From Callorhinchus milii (Eukaryota), in contig NW_024704742.1 of assembly GCF_018977255.1 (NCBI RefSeq), positions 118,794,001 through 118,858,000 of the forward strand: DNA of 64,000 bases, written 5' to 3'. Below the pieces are notes generated by a model. The model did not search any database and had not been told where the DNA came from. It was given only the letters and a program-made list of their open reading frames with translations. The translations under genes and the position numbers were made by a program. Positions 1 to 13,364 of the stretch are shown in pieces (the stretch's first letter is position 1; each line of letters begins with the position of its first letter).

Positions 1-295
1 GTTTTTAATAATACACGATGAGAATCACTCAGTTAGATTGAGTCACTTCCATGGTTTTCAGTTGTTGGGACGTCCTCCCTACATGAAAGGCGCTATACAA
101 ATGTAATTTTGGATTGTATTGCTCTGCAAGAGATTATCAAACCATTTAAAAACTTGCACAAAAGGCAAATGAACAAACTAATCAAATCTATTGTTCTATC
201 AGCCAAAAGTGAAGATTAGTTTCACGCACTATTTGGACTTGAAGAGATTGTTAAGCTTTTTAAAAATATCTTATTTTGGATAATGTGCTGATAAC

Positions 296-478
296 TCCTG
301 TAGCTCTGTGGTTAGAGCACTCGCCTCTAAAGCGATGGGACCTGGGTTTGATTCCTGGGCAGGGTGAAACGTTAGGTAAGTTTCCTTACTCCACGCGCCT
401 CTGTAGGAACTCAGTTGTTGGTCGATTGGCTCATTGCTTTTCTGGGGATAATAATTCCTTCAAACAACATTTTTTTTG
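296..478 (+). mobile_element. tRNA-SINE 5' half
   Basis: Same head and CORE-like segment as the 22705 copy. Confidence 0.8.
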
Positions 479-662
479 AAGCCACATGCCCCATTAGTTG
501 CAATTTACTTAATTTTCGAAAAGGTTTCCTGCAGTTAGGTTTTTTTTATGGTAATTTGATGGAATTCTGTGCCATCTACTCAGCAGTTTAGTTATGTCGC
601 TCATGGAGAGAAAAGATATCAACGCGTACTCGGTGGTCCAAATGGCCTGTTTCTGTGCTGTG

Positions 663-930
663 ATAATAATAATAATCCTTGCATTTGATGTAGTGCCCTA
701 ATACAACTTTGAGACATCTCAAAGCGCTTCACAGAATATACTGTAAAGTGTATTGACTGTGACTGACTATTATTTCCTTCAAGGGATCATTATCCCCAGA
801 AAGCGATCAGCCAATCGACCAACAACCGGGTCCCTATTTACCGCTTGGTAAACAGAGGCGTGTGTGTGGAGTAAGGAAACTTGCCCAAAGTTTTGCCCTC
901 TCTGGGAATCGAACCCAGGTCCCATCACTT
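663..930 (-). mobile_element. tRNA-SINE, long form, internally deleted
   Basis: (AAT)n tail, CORE-like segment and B box on the minus strand. Confidence 0.8.
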
Positions 931-3889
931 CGTGATATTCAGGAATTCCATGATCCTAAAGTTTATCTTAGCGTTCCTGCTTATGTGTTATCAAGCATCA
1001 TTAAAATAATTATTTACACCGATTAATATCATTTTTTAGTGAAAATCAATTGGTTCAAAAAAATTTACATGGCTTTTGAGCATATTCCCGGCACTGGGTT
1101 ACAGGCAGAAAGATTTCAGTATGCAAGAGGTAATTGGAAGTTCCAAAATAAATCCTGGTCTTCAGTAAATTTACTCGGGGTATTATTTTCTGTGTTAAAT
1201 TTTCATCACCACTACCATTTCCTCTATTTTTCACACAAATATCTCAAATAATATTTTATTTGTGATTGAAAATCAACCATAATAGTCCTGACTTATGCAT
1301 TTTTTTTCACATAAAGAACACTTTAGTAGCATAATCTGTAAAGGTATCCAAAATGCCTGGATACAACATTGTACAAGTTCTTGCAAAAGTCACAAATGGA
1401 AAATTGGTTTGCCACAAATGTAGAAAGCAGAAGGTAATACCCAAGGGCCCCTTCAACAGGAACTCATCTCTGGAGTCGCCTCAATATGCTTGCCGTGTGC
1501 TCTGAATTTTCAATATCAAATATCAGAGCACTCACATAGCTTGGATACTTTAACCGTGACAAGCAAACAACAGATTGTCCCATCCTACAGACTCCCAGTA
1601 CTATTAACTTCTCTGGAAAACATTTGGTTCTTGGCTCTTAAAGATAATCTTTAAGTGTTTTGATTTGCAACATTCTGTTGATACTCTCATTGTGTCCATT
1701 GTTTCTTATTGATTGATATTTTGGGGGAATTTCTCTGAGAGTCCAGCTGTATTTATCCCTTGGGTTGTGAATTTGCTTTGGTATGGACTTACCACAGTAA
1801 TACCTCAACTCAATCTGTACTCTAGGGTCCATTCTGTTATGGGTCTAGAGTTTAAAACATCTGATAATTTATTGTAAAACCTCAAACAGAAGTAAGACTC
1901 AATGAGTCTGCAGCTCACCACTTTGGTATTCTTGAAATGTTGTCAACTGGCTGCACATTGTCACTAAGCATGTTTTATTGTGTCTGTATTTTTTTGGGTC
2001 AGACGGGTGTCTGATTCGTGCCGAAACTTATCACCATGCTTAAGAGAAGCCAAACCAGTCCAAACTCTGCCAATGGTCCAGGCCAGCTGGGCTAACATCA
2101 GGAGTGCCCGGAGTACTGGGACTCACCTGGCTCAGAAACCAAATTATTGATACCGCCACAGAGGATTGACTTGATTTTGATATTCCATTGGTAATCCTGT
2201 CAACTTGGAGTCAGTCAGCTCTAGATTTTATTTATATTTTTGTTGCACTTTTGCATTTATTTGTGCAGGGAATTTAGTGCTTTTTCACTTATGTCACTGA
2301 GCTAATATCAACAACTCAGTTCAGGTATTGCAGGGTTATTGATGTAGAAAAGCATCCTGTACTCTCACCCACCAATATGGAATTAACAAACCAATGCAAC
2401 AAAGAACACCCTGGAGCACTAGTTGAATTTTTTCATTTTCTAACCTTTTAGCCAGAAGGCAGAGAGAAGACAAAAAGAGAGAGGAACCTTCATCTCACAA
2501 ACGGGCTGTGTTTGAACCTGAGTCACAAAGGACATAAACTCATTGTTGATAGCAAACAAGATCTTGGGGGATACAGATAGAGGCAATGGAGAACAATAGG
2601 ATCTAAGATTTGTTTGTGAACAAGCACTCGGATGTATTGTGTAGATGTGGCTATTCAGACCTTTTATAGAGTAACAACAGCACATAAAAATTAGTGTTTA
2701 GGCATCTGAAAGAAAGAACTGGTATTTTTGCAGCTTTGAAAAGTATCGAAGTGTTTCACAGGTAATTACTCTACTGTCAAATTTGTTGACAAGCTGTGTA
2801 TTTGTAGGCAAACACGGAAACCACTTGTAACACCAGGTCCAACAAACAGCCATGAGGTGAATGACTAATTAATATGAAGGATTGTTGGACGGTTTACTAG
2901 GAAAAACTCCCAGTTTTCTCCAATAGTATAATGGGATATTTTAAGATAACCTGAAATGTCTCATTGTAAAGATGGTATCCCCAACAAGACAGCATTCCCA
3001 CAGTACTAGAGTGCTAGTGCCTTGGGACATTCTCCTAATGTGAAAGATGCTATACAAATGTAATTTGTTGTTGTTGTTGTATCATATTGGAATTTGAGCT
3101 CAAACCCTAATCATGGAGGAGACAAGAGGAGAGAATGTGGAAACTAGAAATAGATTAAGGTGTAATTTTACTAATGTGGCCAGAATCCTAAATATTATAG
3201 ATAGAATGGACCATAATGATATGTTTGATAGACTCAAGAAAGGAGAGGCAGAACAGACAGTTCTATTTTAACTGCTTTACAGAGAAGGTGAGTAATACGT
3301 GGAACCATTTTCCCAGGATAGTGTTGCAATATGTATCTGAGTATCTGAGATAGACAGAAACGGTAGTTAGGAAATGGGGACCGGCTAGACGGACTGTAAT
3401 GGTCTTTTCCTGTCATACATTCCAGTGTATTCCTATGAAAATGCTGGCACAATAGTTTAATATCTGCACCGTACTCTTATGCAGATGTGTACAATTTTAA
3501 ACTGCAGTTGTATAGAACAAAGCAATGCTTCAACATGCTACAGACTTGGCACAGAACTTCTGAATCACAGGAGAGCTGATCCATGCAAGAAATATTTAAC
3601 AGAAGCCAACTTTGGTTTGAATGAAGAAGGTGTTGATGCTGTTTGAGAGATGATAATATTTCTTAAAGCAGTAAGCTGCTGCACTCCAATTGTCAGATTT
3701 AGTTAAGGAGAAAATGGTCCATTACTTCACTGATATATATTCAAATATGTTTCTGTGATTAATTTTTAAAAGACAGAAACCAAAATGTTTTTGTTTCCAT
3801 ATTGTTTCTGCACAGACTAAATGCTACTGTTCTTTGACCTTTTCTCTGCATACGTCTTTTCACCAGTAACCTTGATCCATTAAGTAACA

Positions 3890-4270
3890 GACTTTTGGGG
3901 GAGATTGGTAGCTGGTTTGGGAATAGGAGGCAGAAGGTGATGATGAATAGAGTAGCTCTGTCTAGGAGGCAATGACGAGTTGAATTCCATGGGGAACTCT
4001 AGGCTTCTGGGTTTCATGTTATTCAAGCTACAGTATTGATAAATGATAAGAAGGAGGATGCTGCTTGTAATATTGTGAACATACTGTTGACACTAATCTA
4101 TGTGGTTAGTGATGGGTGTGGAGAGATAGCATTGAAGGATATCTAGATCAATTAAGATGGATTTTAATGTAGATAAATGTAATGTACATTGGAACTGGAA
4201 ACATTCAGACACGATGGAATGATATCCATAAGCAAAGGTGGAATAGGACTTGGACTTGATTGCAAAGTAT
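3890..4270 (+). mobile_element. Degenerate CR1 RT fragment (left part of the host of the L2 insertion)
   Basis: tggtttgggaataggaggcagaaggtgatg resembles CR1 'WLxxRRQxV'. It is followed by degraded RT sequence. Confidence 0.55.
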
Positions 4271-4324
4271 CATTTACTGTTTATAGTCAATAAAAAGTTG
4301 CTATCACCACAGCTTATGACTGAG

Positions 4325-7270
4325 ACAACAACAACAACAACAAGATTTCATTTATAGAGCGCCTTTCACATCGGGAGGACATCCCAAGGCGCTGTACAGT
4401 TGGGTCAGGACCCGAGCAGGGGGGAAATGGTCAGGATGAGGGGAGGGAAGGGAGGGAGCGAGGAGGGGGTAGAGAGTCGAGAGGGGAGCTGAAGGCACGG
4501 TCAAAGAGAAAGGTCTTGAGACCGGTCTTGAAGGAGGAAAGGGAGGAGGCGGCGAAGGCACTGGGGGATGGAGTTCCAGAGCCTCGGGGCTGAGAGGCTG
4601 AAGGCCCGACCACCGATGGTAGGGCGGTTGGGGCGGGGGATGTGGAGCAGACCGGAGCCAGAGGAACGGAGGGTACGGGCAGGTAAGTAGGGGGATAGTA
4701 GGTCGGAGAGGTAGGAGGGAGCAAGGCCGTGAATGGCCTTGTAGGTGAGGATGAGGATCTTGAATTCGATCCTCTGGGGGATGGGGAGCCAGTGGAGGCG
4801 AGCGAGGGTGGGAGTGATGTGGTCCCGAAGCCTGGTGCGGGACAGTACACGAGCTGCAGAGTTCTGAATGACCTGCAGCTTGTGGAGGGAGGTGCCGGGA
4901 AGGCCGGCGAGGAGAGAGTTCCCATAGTCCAGCCTTGAGGTGATAAAGGCGTGGACCAGAGTTTCAGCAGCGTGAGGGGTGAGGTAGTGCCGTAGTCTGG
5001 CGATATTCCGGAGGTGATGGAAGGCGGTGCCAGTTGTGGCGCGGATATGAGGGAGAAAGGACAGCTCAGGGTCGAACAGAACCCGAGGTTCCTGACTGGC
5101 TTTGAGAGGTGGAGAGTGCAGCCTTGGATGCTGATGCTGTCAGCGCCTGAGGTGCGGAGGCGCTGACGTGAGCCAATCAGGAGGGCCTCAGTTTTCGCAC
5201 GTTGAGCTGAAGAAAGTTGTCTCTCGTCCAGGACTCGATGTCGGACAGGCAGGCTGTCAGGACATCGGTGGTCGTGGAGTTGAGGGTAGAGGAGGAAAGG
5301 TAGAGTTGGGTGTCATCCGCATACATGTGGAAGTTAACCCCATGTCTGCGGATGATGTCACCAAGGGGGAGCATATAGAGGGTGAAGAGGAGGGGACCGA
5401 GGACAGAGCCCTGAGGGACACCGCACGAGACAGTGCGGGGGGTGGAGGAAAAGCCGTTTGTGGAAACAAAATGAAGACGGTGGGAGAGGTACGACCTAAA
5501 CCACTCAAGGACAGGGTCTTGAAGGTTGAGGTGGGAGGACAGGCGGTGGAGGATGATAGCGTGGTCGATCATATCGAATGCGGCCGATAGGTCGATGAGG
5601 CAGAGGGAGCCCTGGTCGCAGATGGTCAGGATGTCATTGGTGACCTTGACCAGGGCGGTTTCTGTGTTATGGGCAGCACGGAAACCCGACTGAAGGGGTT
5701 CGAATAATGAATGGGTGGAGAGGAAAGAGCGCAGCTGGGAGGCGACAACTCTTTCAAGGACCTTGGACAGGAAGGGGAGGTTGGAGATGGGCCGGTAGCT
5801 TGATAGCTGCGACGCATCAAGGGAGGGTTTTTTCAAAGTGGGAGTGATGGTGGCAGTTTTTAGGGGAATGGGAACAGAGCCAGAGGAGAGGGACAGGTTG
5901 ATGATGTCTGTGAGAAGTGGGGCAAGGAGGTGGAGCTGGGAGATAAGGAGTGGAGTGGGGATGGGGTCAAGGGAGCAGGTGGTGGGTTTCAGGGACAGGA
6001 TGAGGTTGGTGACAGAGGGTGGGGAAACGGGTTTGAAGGTGTGTAGGGGAGGATGGGTAGGAGTCAGAGTGTGGGAGGGAAGGGGTGGGGGTGGGTGGAA
6101 GTTGGAGGGGAAGTGACCGCGGAGCGGATTCCCTTGATTTTGGATTCAAGGAAATCCAGCATCTCCTCGCAGTGAAGGTTGGAGGAGATGACCTGTGCGA
6201 GGTGGCAGGGGGGGACGGAGGAGTCGGGATGTGGTGGAGAACAGAAGCCTGGGGTTGTTCTTCGCCTCCAGGATTATCCTGGAGTAGAAGGACGACTTGG
6301 CCGAGGCTAGAGTGGAGCGGTAGGTTTTGAGGAGGTCCAGCCAGATTTGTCGGTGGACCGTTAGGCCAGATTTGAGGCAGGTGCGTTCAGCGGCCCGCAC
6401 CTGGCTCTTCAGTGAGCGGAGGTGGGTGGTGAACCAGGGGGAGGAGCGAGAGTAAGAGACAGTACGGGAGGTGATGGGGGCAAGAGTGTCGAGTGTGGAG
6501 GAGAGGGTGTTGTGGAGGAGGGTGAGAGCAGAAGAGGGGTCAGTGAGGGTTGAAGGCCAGAGGGAGAGGAGTTCAGAGGACTCCAAGGCAGCGGTTAGGG
6601 ATTGTGGGGGTAACTTCTTCCAGCGGCGGTAGAAGATGGTGGTGGGTCTGGTGGAGGTAGGGAGGGGGGTGGAGGTGGTGAAGGAGATGAAGTGGTGATC
6701 GGAGATGGCCTTGTCGGTAATGGTGACATCCGAGACACTGAGGCCCCGGGTGATCACCAAATCGAGTGGGTGGCCGTGACTGTGAGTGGCGGAGTTGATG
6801 TGGAGAGAGAGGTTGAGCGAGGAGAGCAGGGAGGAGAAGTCCGAGGAGATGGAGCAGGAGGGGGTGAAGTGCAGGTTGAAGTCGCCCAGGATGATGAGGC
6901 GATCAGAGCAGAGGCAGAGAGATGTTAGTAGGGTAGAAATATCAGAGATAAAGGTGGGAGAGGCTTTAGGGGGCCAGTAGAGGAGAAGGATTTTGAGTGA
7001 AAGGAGGGGTGGGAGAGGGTGAGGTGCTCAAAAGAGGGGAATGAGCCAGAGGAGTAGGGGGATAGGGCAAGTGGTGTCCTTGAGATAAGGGCTACACCAC
7101 CGCCACGGCGGTTGGGGCGAGGGATGTGGTGGGAGGTGTAGGCGGGTGGTATGGCCTCCGTGAGGGGGAAGGTGTCGCTTGGGGTGAGCCAGGTTTCCGT
7201 TCAGGCCATGATGTCAACGCTCTCATCAAGGATGAGATCGTTGATGACCAGGGCCTTGTTACAGAGGGAG
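4325..7270 (-). mobile_element. L2-clade LINE, young subfamily, 5'-truncated within the APE domain, with frameshifts
   Basis: RT motifs [37 protein letters not shown] and YADD. APE motifs SDH, GDFN and TETW. (TTG)n tail. Confidence 0.95.
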
Positions 7271-7274
7271 GACA

Positions 7275-7660
7275 TCAAAAGCAATGGAGAGGTTAGGGCA
7301 GAGATTCCCCAGAATGAATGATGAGATTCCAGTTATGTGGAGAGACATTAAAAGTTGGAACTCTTTTCACTGGAACTGAGGTTAAAGGGGGAATGATTAT
7401 GAACAATTTTGAATAGAATAAATAGAGGGCAAATATTCCCACTGCTCCGTATAAATTGAGGAATAGTACCAAGAATAATGGAAAAGGTTAAAAGCTTCTT
7501 CTTTTACACAGAAAGCTATTATAATAAGGAATGTTTTACCATAAGTGACTGAAGTTGAGTCCATAACAATCCCTCAAAGGGAACTGTATAACTACTTGAG
7601 GAAAAATAATAAAAGCTATGGGGAAAGAACAGAGGAATGAGATTAGAGTAGATAGCTCCA
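7275..7660 (+). mobile_element. Degenerate CR1 3' fragment (right part)
   Basis: Degraded 'YxERLxxLxLFSLE', 'FFTQRxxxxWN' and CR1 3' UTR-like sequence. Confidence 0.6.
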
Positions 7661-7971
7661 CTGGGATGCTTTTATTCCCTGCCTCATGACCTTAGCTATT
7701 CACCTTGTCAAAACCTTGTTAAAATCCTTTGTAAATCTGAATATATAACATTTACTGCATTTTCCTTCTTCACCATAGCATTACCGTGTTCAAAAAACTC
7801 CAGGATTCCAGGAGCCTCATTTTGCTGAATCCATGCCTACTGCCTTTTTTCACACTGTGATTTTCTAGGTATTTTCCCCACAGGGTGAGTGGGTGAAATT
7901 TCACTGACTGGTATGTTTTAGAATAGGAAGCAGAAGGCGGTGATAAATGGTACATAGCTCTGGCTGGAAGC

Positions 7972-9001
7972 TTAACTCTAGCCTTAATCTTGGCAGTGTG
8001 TACTTATAACACAGAAATCCCAATATAAGTGCACACGGCAAAGGGTAAGAAGCATTACCGAGCTGCGGAAATCGTGTCTTTAAATAATTTAGAAGAGTTT
8101 TGCTACATCTAACCAGTCACGAGATGGGTCTTAAACCACTTTTAAATAAGAAAATTATATTTCCCACTTTCCAGTCTTCAGGGATTTATATCAGTGTATC
8201 AAATGTATAAAAACATTAGTTAAATCGTTAACACGATCACAAGATTGGACCTGATGAAGGTCCTTCGGCCCACCTGATCTCATCCTTCCAAGACGCCCAC
8301 CTTACTGCATCAAAGCTGCTTTTTAAATGAAACTAGTGTCCTGGTCTCTACCACTTTTCCTGGAAACTTGTTCCAGTCATTGATTACCCTCCAAGTAAAG
8401 AAAAAATCCCTGATATCTGTCCTGAAATTGCCCTTTACAACTCTAAACGTACTGTCTACTGACACGATCTATCCTAAAGAAATTATTTCAGTTTATTAAA
8501 GTATTGCATTTAATAGATATTGGCAGATTTGTGAGCCCAATATCTTGCTCTCACCCAATGTCTAGCTCTGGGAAGTTAGACCTTCACATGAGAGAGAGGG
8601 CAATAGAAGGTTTTGGGTGGGTGTAAAGCGTGGGTGGAGACTTGTGCGGAGTATAAACACTGGCACAGATGGGTTAGCCTGAATGACCTGTTTCTGTGCT
8701 GTACATTCTCGTTTTTTGTAAATCTATTGCCACACGTTTTATACGTTTGCTATCTAAGTATCTGTCTATCTCTCGTTTTAAAATTCACAATTTTTCATAC
8801 ACGTTTTAATATATTTATATCCTGAGAAAGTATGTAGAAAATAATGACTCAGGTATTTATGGTCAGATACATTTTAAGTAAACTGTAAATTCAGAATTAA
8901 AAAAGGATGTTGTTGTGGCCACTCTCCACGGTGATCAGTGTTATCACTCTCTGCTAGATGAATATTAACCCTAATATTAATAAGATTAAGGCTAGGGTTA
9001 A
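7972..9001. mobile_element. Putative piggyBac-type non-autonomous DNA element (TTAA flanks, 16-bp TIRs)
   Basis: TTAA|CTCTAGCCTTAATCTT (7972-7991) and AAGATTAAGGCTAGGG|TTAA (8982-9001), a 15/16 inverted match. Confidence 0.5.
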
Positions 9002-11544
9002 TATAGGGTTAAATGCCAAAGTTCAACTCAAAATCAGTGGACAGATGTTTTCATTTTTCACAATTCAAATCCACCATGTAATGAATATTAAATAAATATT
9101 ACGACGTCCAGAAAACATGAAAAGCGCTATGTCAAATGCAAAGATTATTATTATTATTTTATGAAAATAAATGATCATTCACCCCCTATTGTGTTTCTCC
9201 ACAAATGCACAGTCACTACACTTTACAGTATATGCTGACATGAAAGGCACTACACCAAATACAAGGATTATAGTTAATACACAACTATTATTAATAACAA
9301 AATGTTTATATTACGGCTCTGAACTTGAATGCTGAATAAAGCTGATGGTTTGCATTTTATTGTTTGGATTGTAAGAAACTCTATTGACCCCATGTCAGGT
9401 GGATGGAGGCATCTTTACAATGTGCTTATGGTTAACATTTCTCCATGATAATGATTTAGAACTGATTACCCTGCAATCAACGCCAGCTTTAGAAATGCCG
9501 AAGTTCAACTCAAAATCAGTGGACAGATGTTTTCATTTTTCCACAATTCAAATCTACCATGTAATGAATATTAAATAAATATGCTGAGCCAACGTTTGCT
9601 TGGACACTGTCCTGCAGCACCCTGCTGAGAAGGGGCGATCATTCTGGTCTCTCAGCATGGTCCCATTGGAGGTTAACCTGTTTCCAAATAGTTCTCCTAG
9701 TCATGGTTCCGAGCTCCTGGGTAAGCAGTGAAGGGGTTTCCATTTGTGAAGGTCGATTTGTGGTAATCTGGGGAAGTTGCTGGAGGGAGGGATGGCTCCA
9801 GCCTACACTGACCTGTTGCTGAACATCTTGGAAGTGGAATCAACGTTACGCCGGGCATGTCTATTTGTCAAAGCCCCTAACATGAGGATCTGGATTAACC
9901 GTTTTGTGCTGAGTCATCTTGGAATGCAACTTTGAATGACAACAGCTTGCATTTATATGATGCCCTTCATGTAGGGAAGTGCCCTGGAGGGTTTGAACAT
10001 AAAAATCACCGGTGTTTTTGGTTTGGAGCATTGTTTTCATAGGTTGTCTTGATGCACATGGGGGGATCTGCAGGATATGACCTTCATGTTTCAAGGCATT
10101 TTTTTCCAGCACTCAGGCCATTTAAGTGTCAGCTTCACTCAGCTGGTAGCACTTTCACCTCAAGGTCACAAGGGTATGATTTCAAGTCCCAAGTCACATC
10201 GTGACTATCGCAGTGTTAGCTGAACTGGCTCCAGGGTGACATTCTTGACAAAGGAATGTCAGAACGAATCGTCTATAGCAATCCAAATAATATGGTTCCT
10301 GATCCAGGCAGATCGACAGTTCTACACAGTACTGTTGATGACAGACCAGCCAGCTTGGCTTATCGCTGGTAGGACTTGGGCCGCAGACCAGTCAATAGGG
10401 ATAGGAATTCTTCCCAGTCAGTTCCTGTTAACCCTGCTGCCAAAACCCTAGGTATGATGATCCTACCTGGACAAACATCAGGAAGCTCACCAGACACTGC
10501 TGTTAATGGCAAGCTAATGGCAAGCTAGCTGGTTAATCTCCAGCTGTACTCCAATGCACATGATGAAGTCCCCAAGCCTTGAGGATTACCAACCTGTGCC
10601 TAACCCCCGGTATAATTAGGCAAACAGGATGCAGCCCTCCTGGAAGAAAGTGTACATTCCATTCCAAGTGTCCATTTCCAATACAAGTGGCATGAATGGA
10701 ACTCTCAATCTGGTTTAGATACTCTTAAACTTTAGATGGATTTCCGCAAGTGTCAGATACCTGACTGACCAAAAAAAATCCCAAATTGGGGACTCTGACA
10801 TTGGTCTCAGCTGACATTCCAGTGCAGAGTTGGGGGAGTGCTGCATTGTTGCAGCTACTGTCCTTTGGATGAGATATTATAACCAAAGTCCCATCTGCCT
10901 GTTCAGGTGGACATTAAGGAACCCATGGCACTAATCGAAAAGAGAAGGGCCCAGTATCCTGGCCAATAATCCTCCAATTAATTGGTTATTTAGCTTCTAG
11001 GTGTTGGTGGGACGTTAGTGTGGGCAAATTAGCTGCCACATTTGCCTATAAATACACTTTATGCACTGAATTTTCAGCATGATCCAACATCCTCCTCCCT
11101 ATAGAGGACCAATGCACTATGCCTTCATGTACGTCTAGTTGCCCATTATTTATAATAATAAAATTTCTGTATTTGATAGAGCGCCAGCAGCGTCAAAACA
11201 ACTCCAAGCACTTCACAGGGATTTTATTAATAATAATAATCCTTGAAATTGATATAGTGCCTTTCATGTGTGTGTGGGGGGAGGGGGGAGGGGACAAACG
11301 GACATATCTCAAAGCATCACACACTGTAAAATGTTTGTAAGTGAATGTGGCAGCCAATTTATACACAACAATATGCCACACACAGCCATGAAGTGAATGA
11401 CCAATTTTATCTGGGGGATTGTTGGCCAGGGCACTGGGAAAAAAATCCTTTTCTTTTCAAGTAGTGCCATAGGATCTTTAGTGTCTAACTGACCAAGCAG
11501 ATGGGACCTTGGTCTACCATCCAATGCAAAGTACAGCAGTTCCA

Positions 11545-12207
11545 ACAAGCAACAACAACAAAATTACATTTGTAAAGCATCTTTCACATTGGGAGGAAGA
11601 GGTGGAGGGATTGCGGGATGGAGTTCCAGAGAGTGGGGGCAGAGTGGCTGAAGGCCCGCCCACCAATGGTGAGGCGAGTGAGGAGGGGGAGGTGAAGAAG
11701 GCCGGAGCCCGCTGAGCAGAGGGAACGGGCAGGATGGTAGGGGATTAGAAGGTCGCAGAGGTAGAGAGAGCAAGATCATGGAGGGCTTTGAAGGTGAGAA
11801 CCAGAATCTTGAACTGTATCCTCTGTGTGATGGGAAGCCAGTGGAGTTGGGCAAAGGATGGGGGTGACAGGATCACGGAGCCTGGTGCGGGAGAGAACAC
11901 GGGCTGGAGCCTATGGAGGGAGGAGTTTGAGAGGCCGACAAGCAAGGGGTTTGCGTAGTCAAACCTTGATGTAATGAAAACATGTATGAAGGTTTCGGCG
12001 GACTGCGGTGTGAGACAACGGCGGAGCCGGGCAATGTTACGGAGGTGGGGGAAGGCAGAGCGGGTCATGGCACGGATGTAGGGTAGAAAGGATAGTTGAG
12101 GATCAAACAAGGCGCCAAGGTTCAGGACTGGCTTAGTAAGGTGGAGTGTGCATCCACGGATAGTAACGCTGTCAGCGCCTGAGGTGGGGAGTCAATCAGG
12201 AGAGCCT
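11545..12207 (-). mobile_element. Older L2 3' fragment
   Basis: ORF 11745..12110 has HLRNIARLR, SRFDYAN and LHWLPITQRIQFKIL. (CAA)n tail. Confidence 0.88.
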
Positions 12208-13364
12208 CGTGACTCCCCACCACCCCATCCAGCACTGCACTGGAGTCTGCCAAGACGAGTTTAAAGTCTCAATGTGGGGCTTGAACCCACAATTTTCTGA
12301 CGCAGAAACCTATCAAGCCAGACTGCCACCTTTTTTTTGCTTTAAGCTTTAACGCGTGACTTTGATTTTATTCCATTTGTTTTGCTTTCACAAATTATTT
12401 TTTGTTATTTCTTCTTCCACAATTGAATGATTTCCACCTCTTTTGCATGTTTTAAAATGTTCTCTTTCTTAGAATGCAACCAAAGGACTGAATATTAAGA
12501 ACAGGCCTCTGGAGAAAAGACACATGTCTTTTGTTAACCTTTCACCTCACAGAATAGCACCGCATAAAACACAAGTCCTGATGATAATCATGTTAACATC
12601 TGAAGTACAGCAACACAAATTTAGGCAATTAGCCATGTCCAAGTCACAATCAGTGTAGAATCAGCAGACATGAGAATAATTCTCCCACAGACAAAGAAAC
12701 AGCAAATTCAGTTATTTATGCTAACATTAGCTCGATCTAGTTTTGAATCCTGTTGGGCAGCTGCTTTCAGCTCACATTTTTAAAGAGGAATGTATTCATT
12801 TGATTTGTAACATTATCCAAAGAGCATGAAGCAAAACATCTGTAAACATAGTGGCTGCTCGTTGTTTCCATACTATATGCCTTACAGCTGCTAGTCAGAT
12901 TCTGCCTGACAACATATACTACTGGGGAATTATTGTGGAACCGTTAGGAGACCTCTACAGACCTCTGTTCTGCTCTGAAATTAGATTGTGATAGAGCAGA
13001 GTTAACTATGGAATGACACAATAATTGACCACCTCTATCACATTTTGGTGTCAGAGATCACAAAAATAATTTCTAATGATGTTTTGCACATAATAATAAT
13101 CCTTGCATTTGATATCACGTTTTCTTACCTTATCACGTCTATCACTTATCACGTGATAAGTGCCTTATCACGTCTTCGAGACATCTCAAAGCACTTCACA
13201 GAATATACTGTAAAGTGAATTGACTGTATTCTTTGTGGATGATACATCTTATCGTTCGACCACAACATACAGTCACATAATTTTACAGTGTAAAGAGCTT
13301 TGAGACATCTCGCTGACATAAGATCTATATTAAATGTATTATTAGTAGTCATGCTATTTTAATG

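Noticed and set aside
8962..9012. Interstitial telomere (TAGGGTTA-like words)
   Set aside because: There is no tandem TTAGGG array. The words are better explained as TTAA-CCCT element ends.
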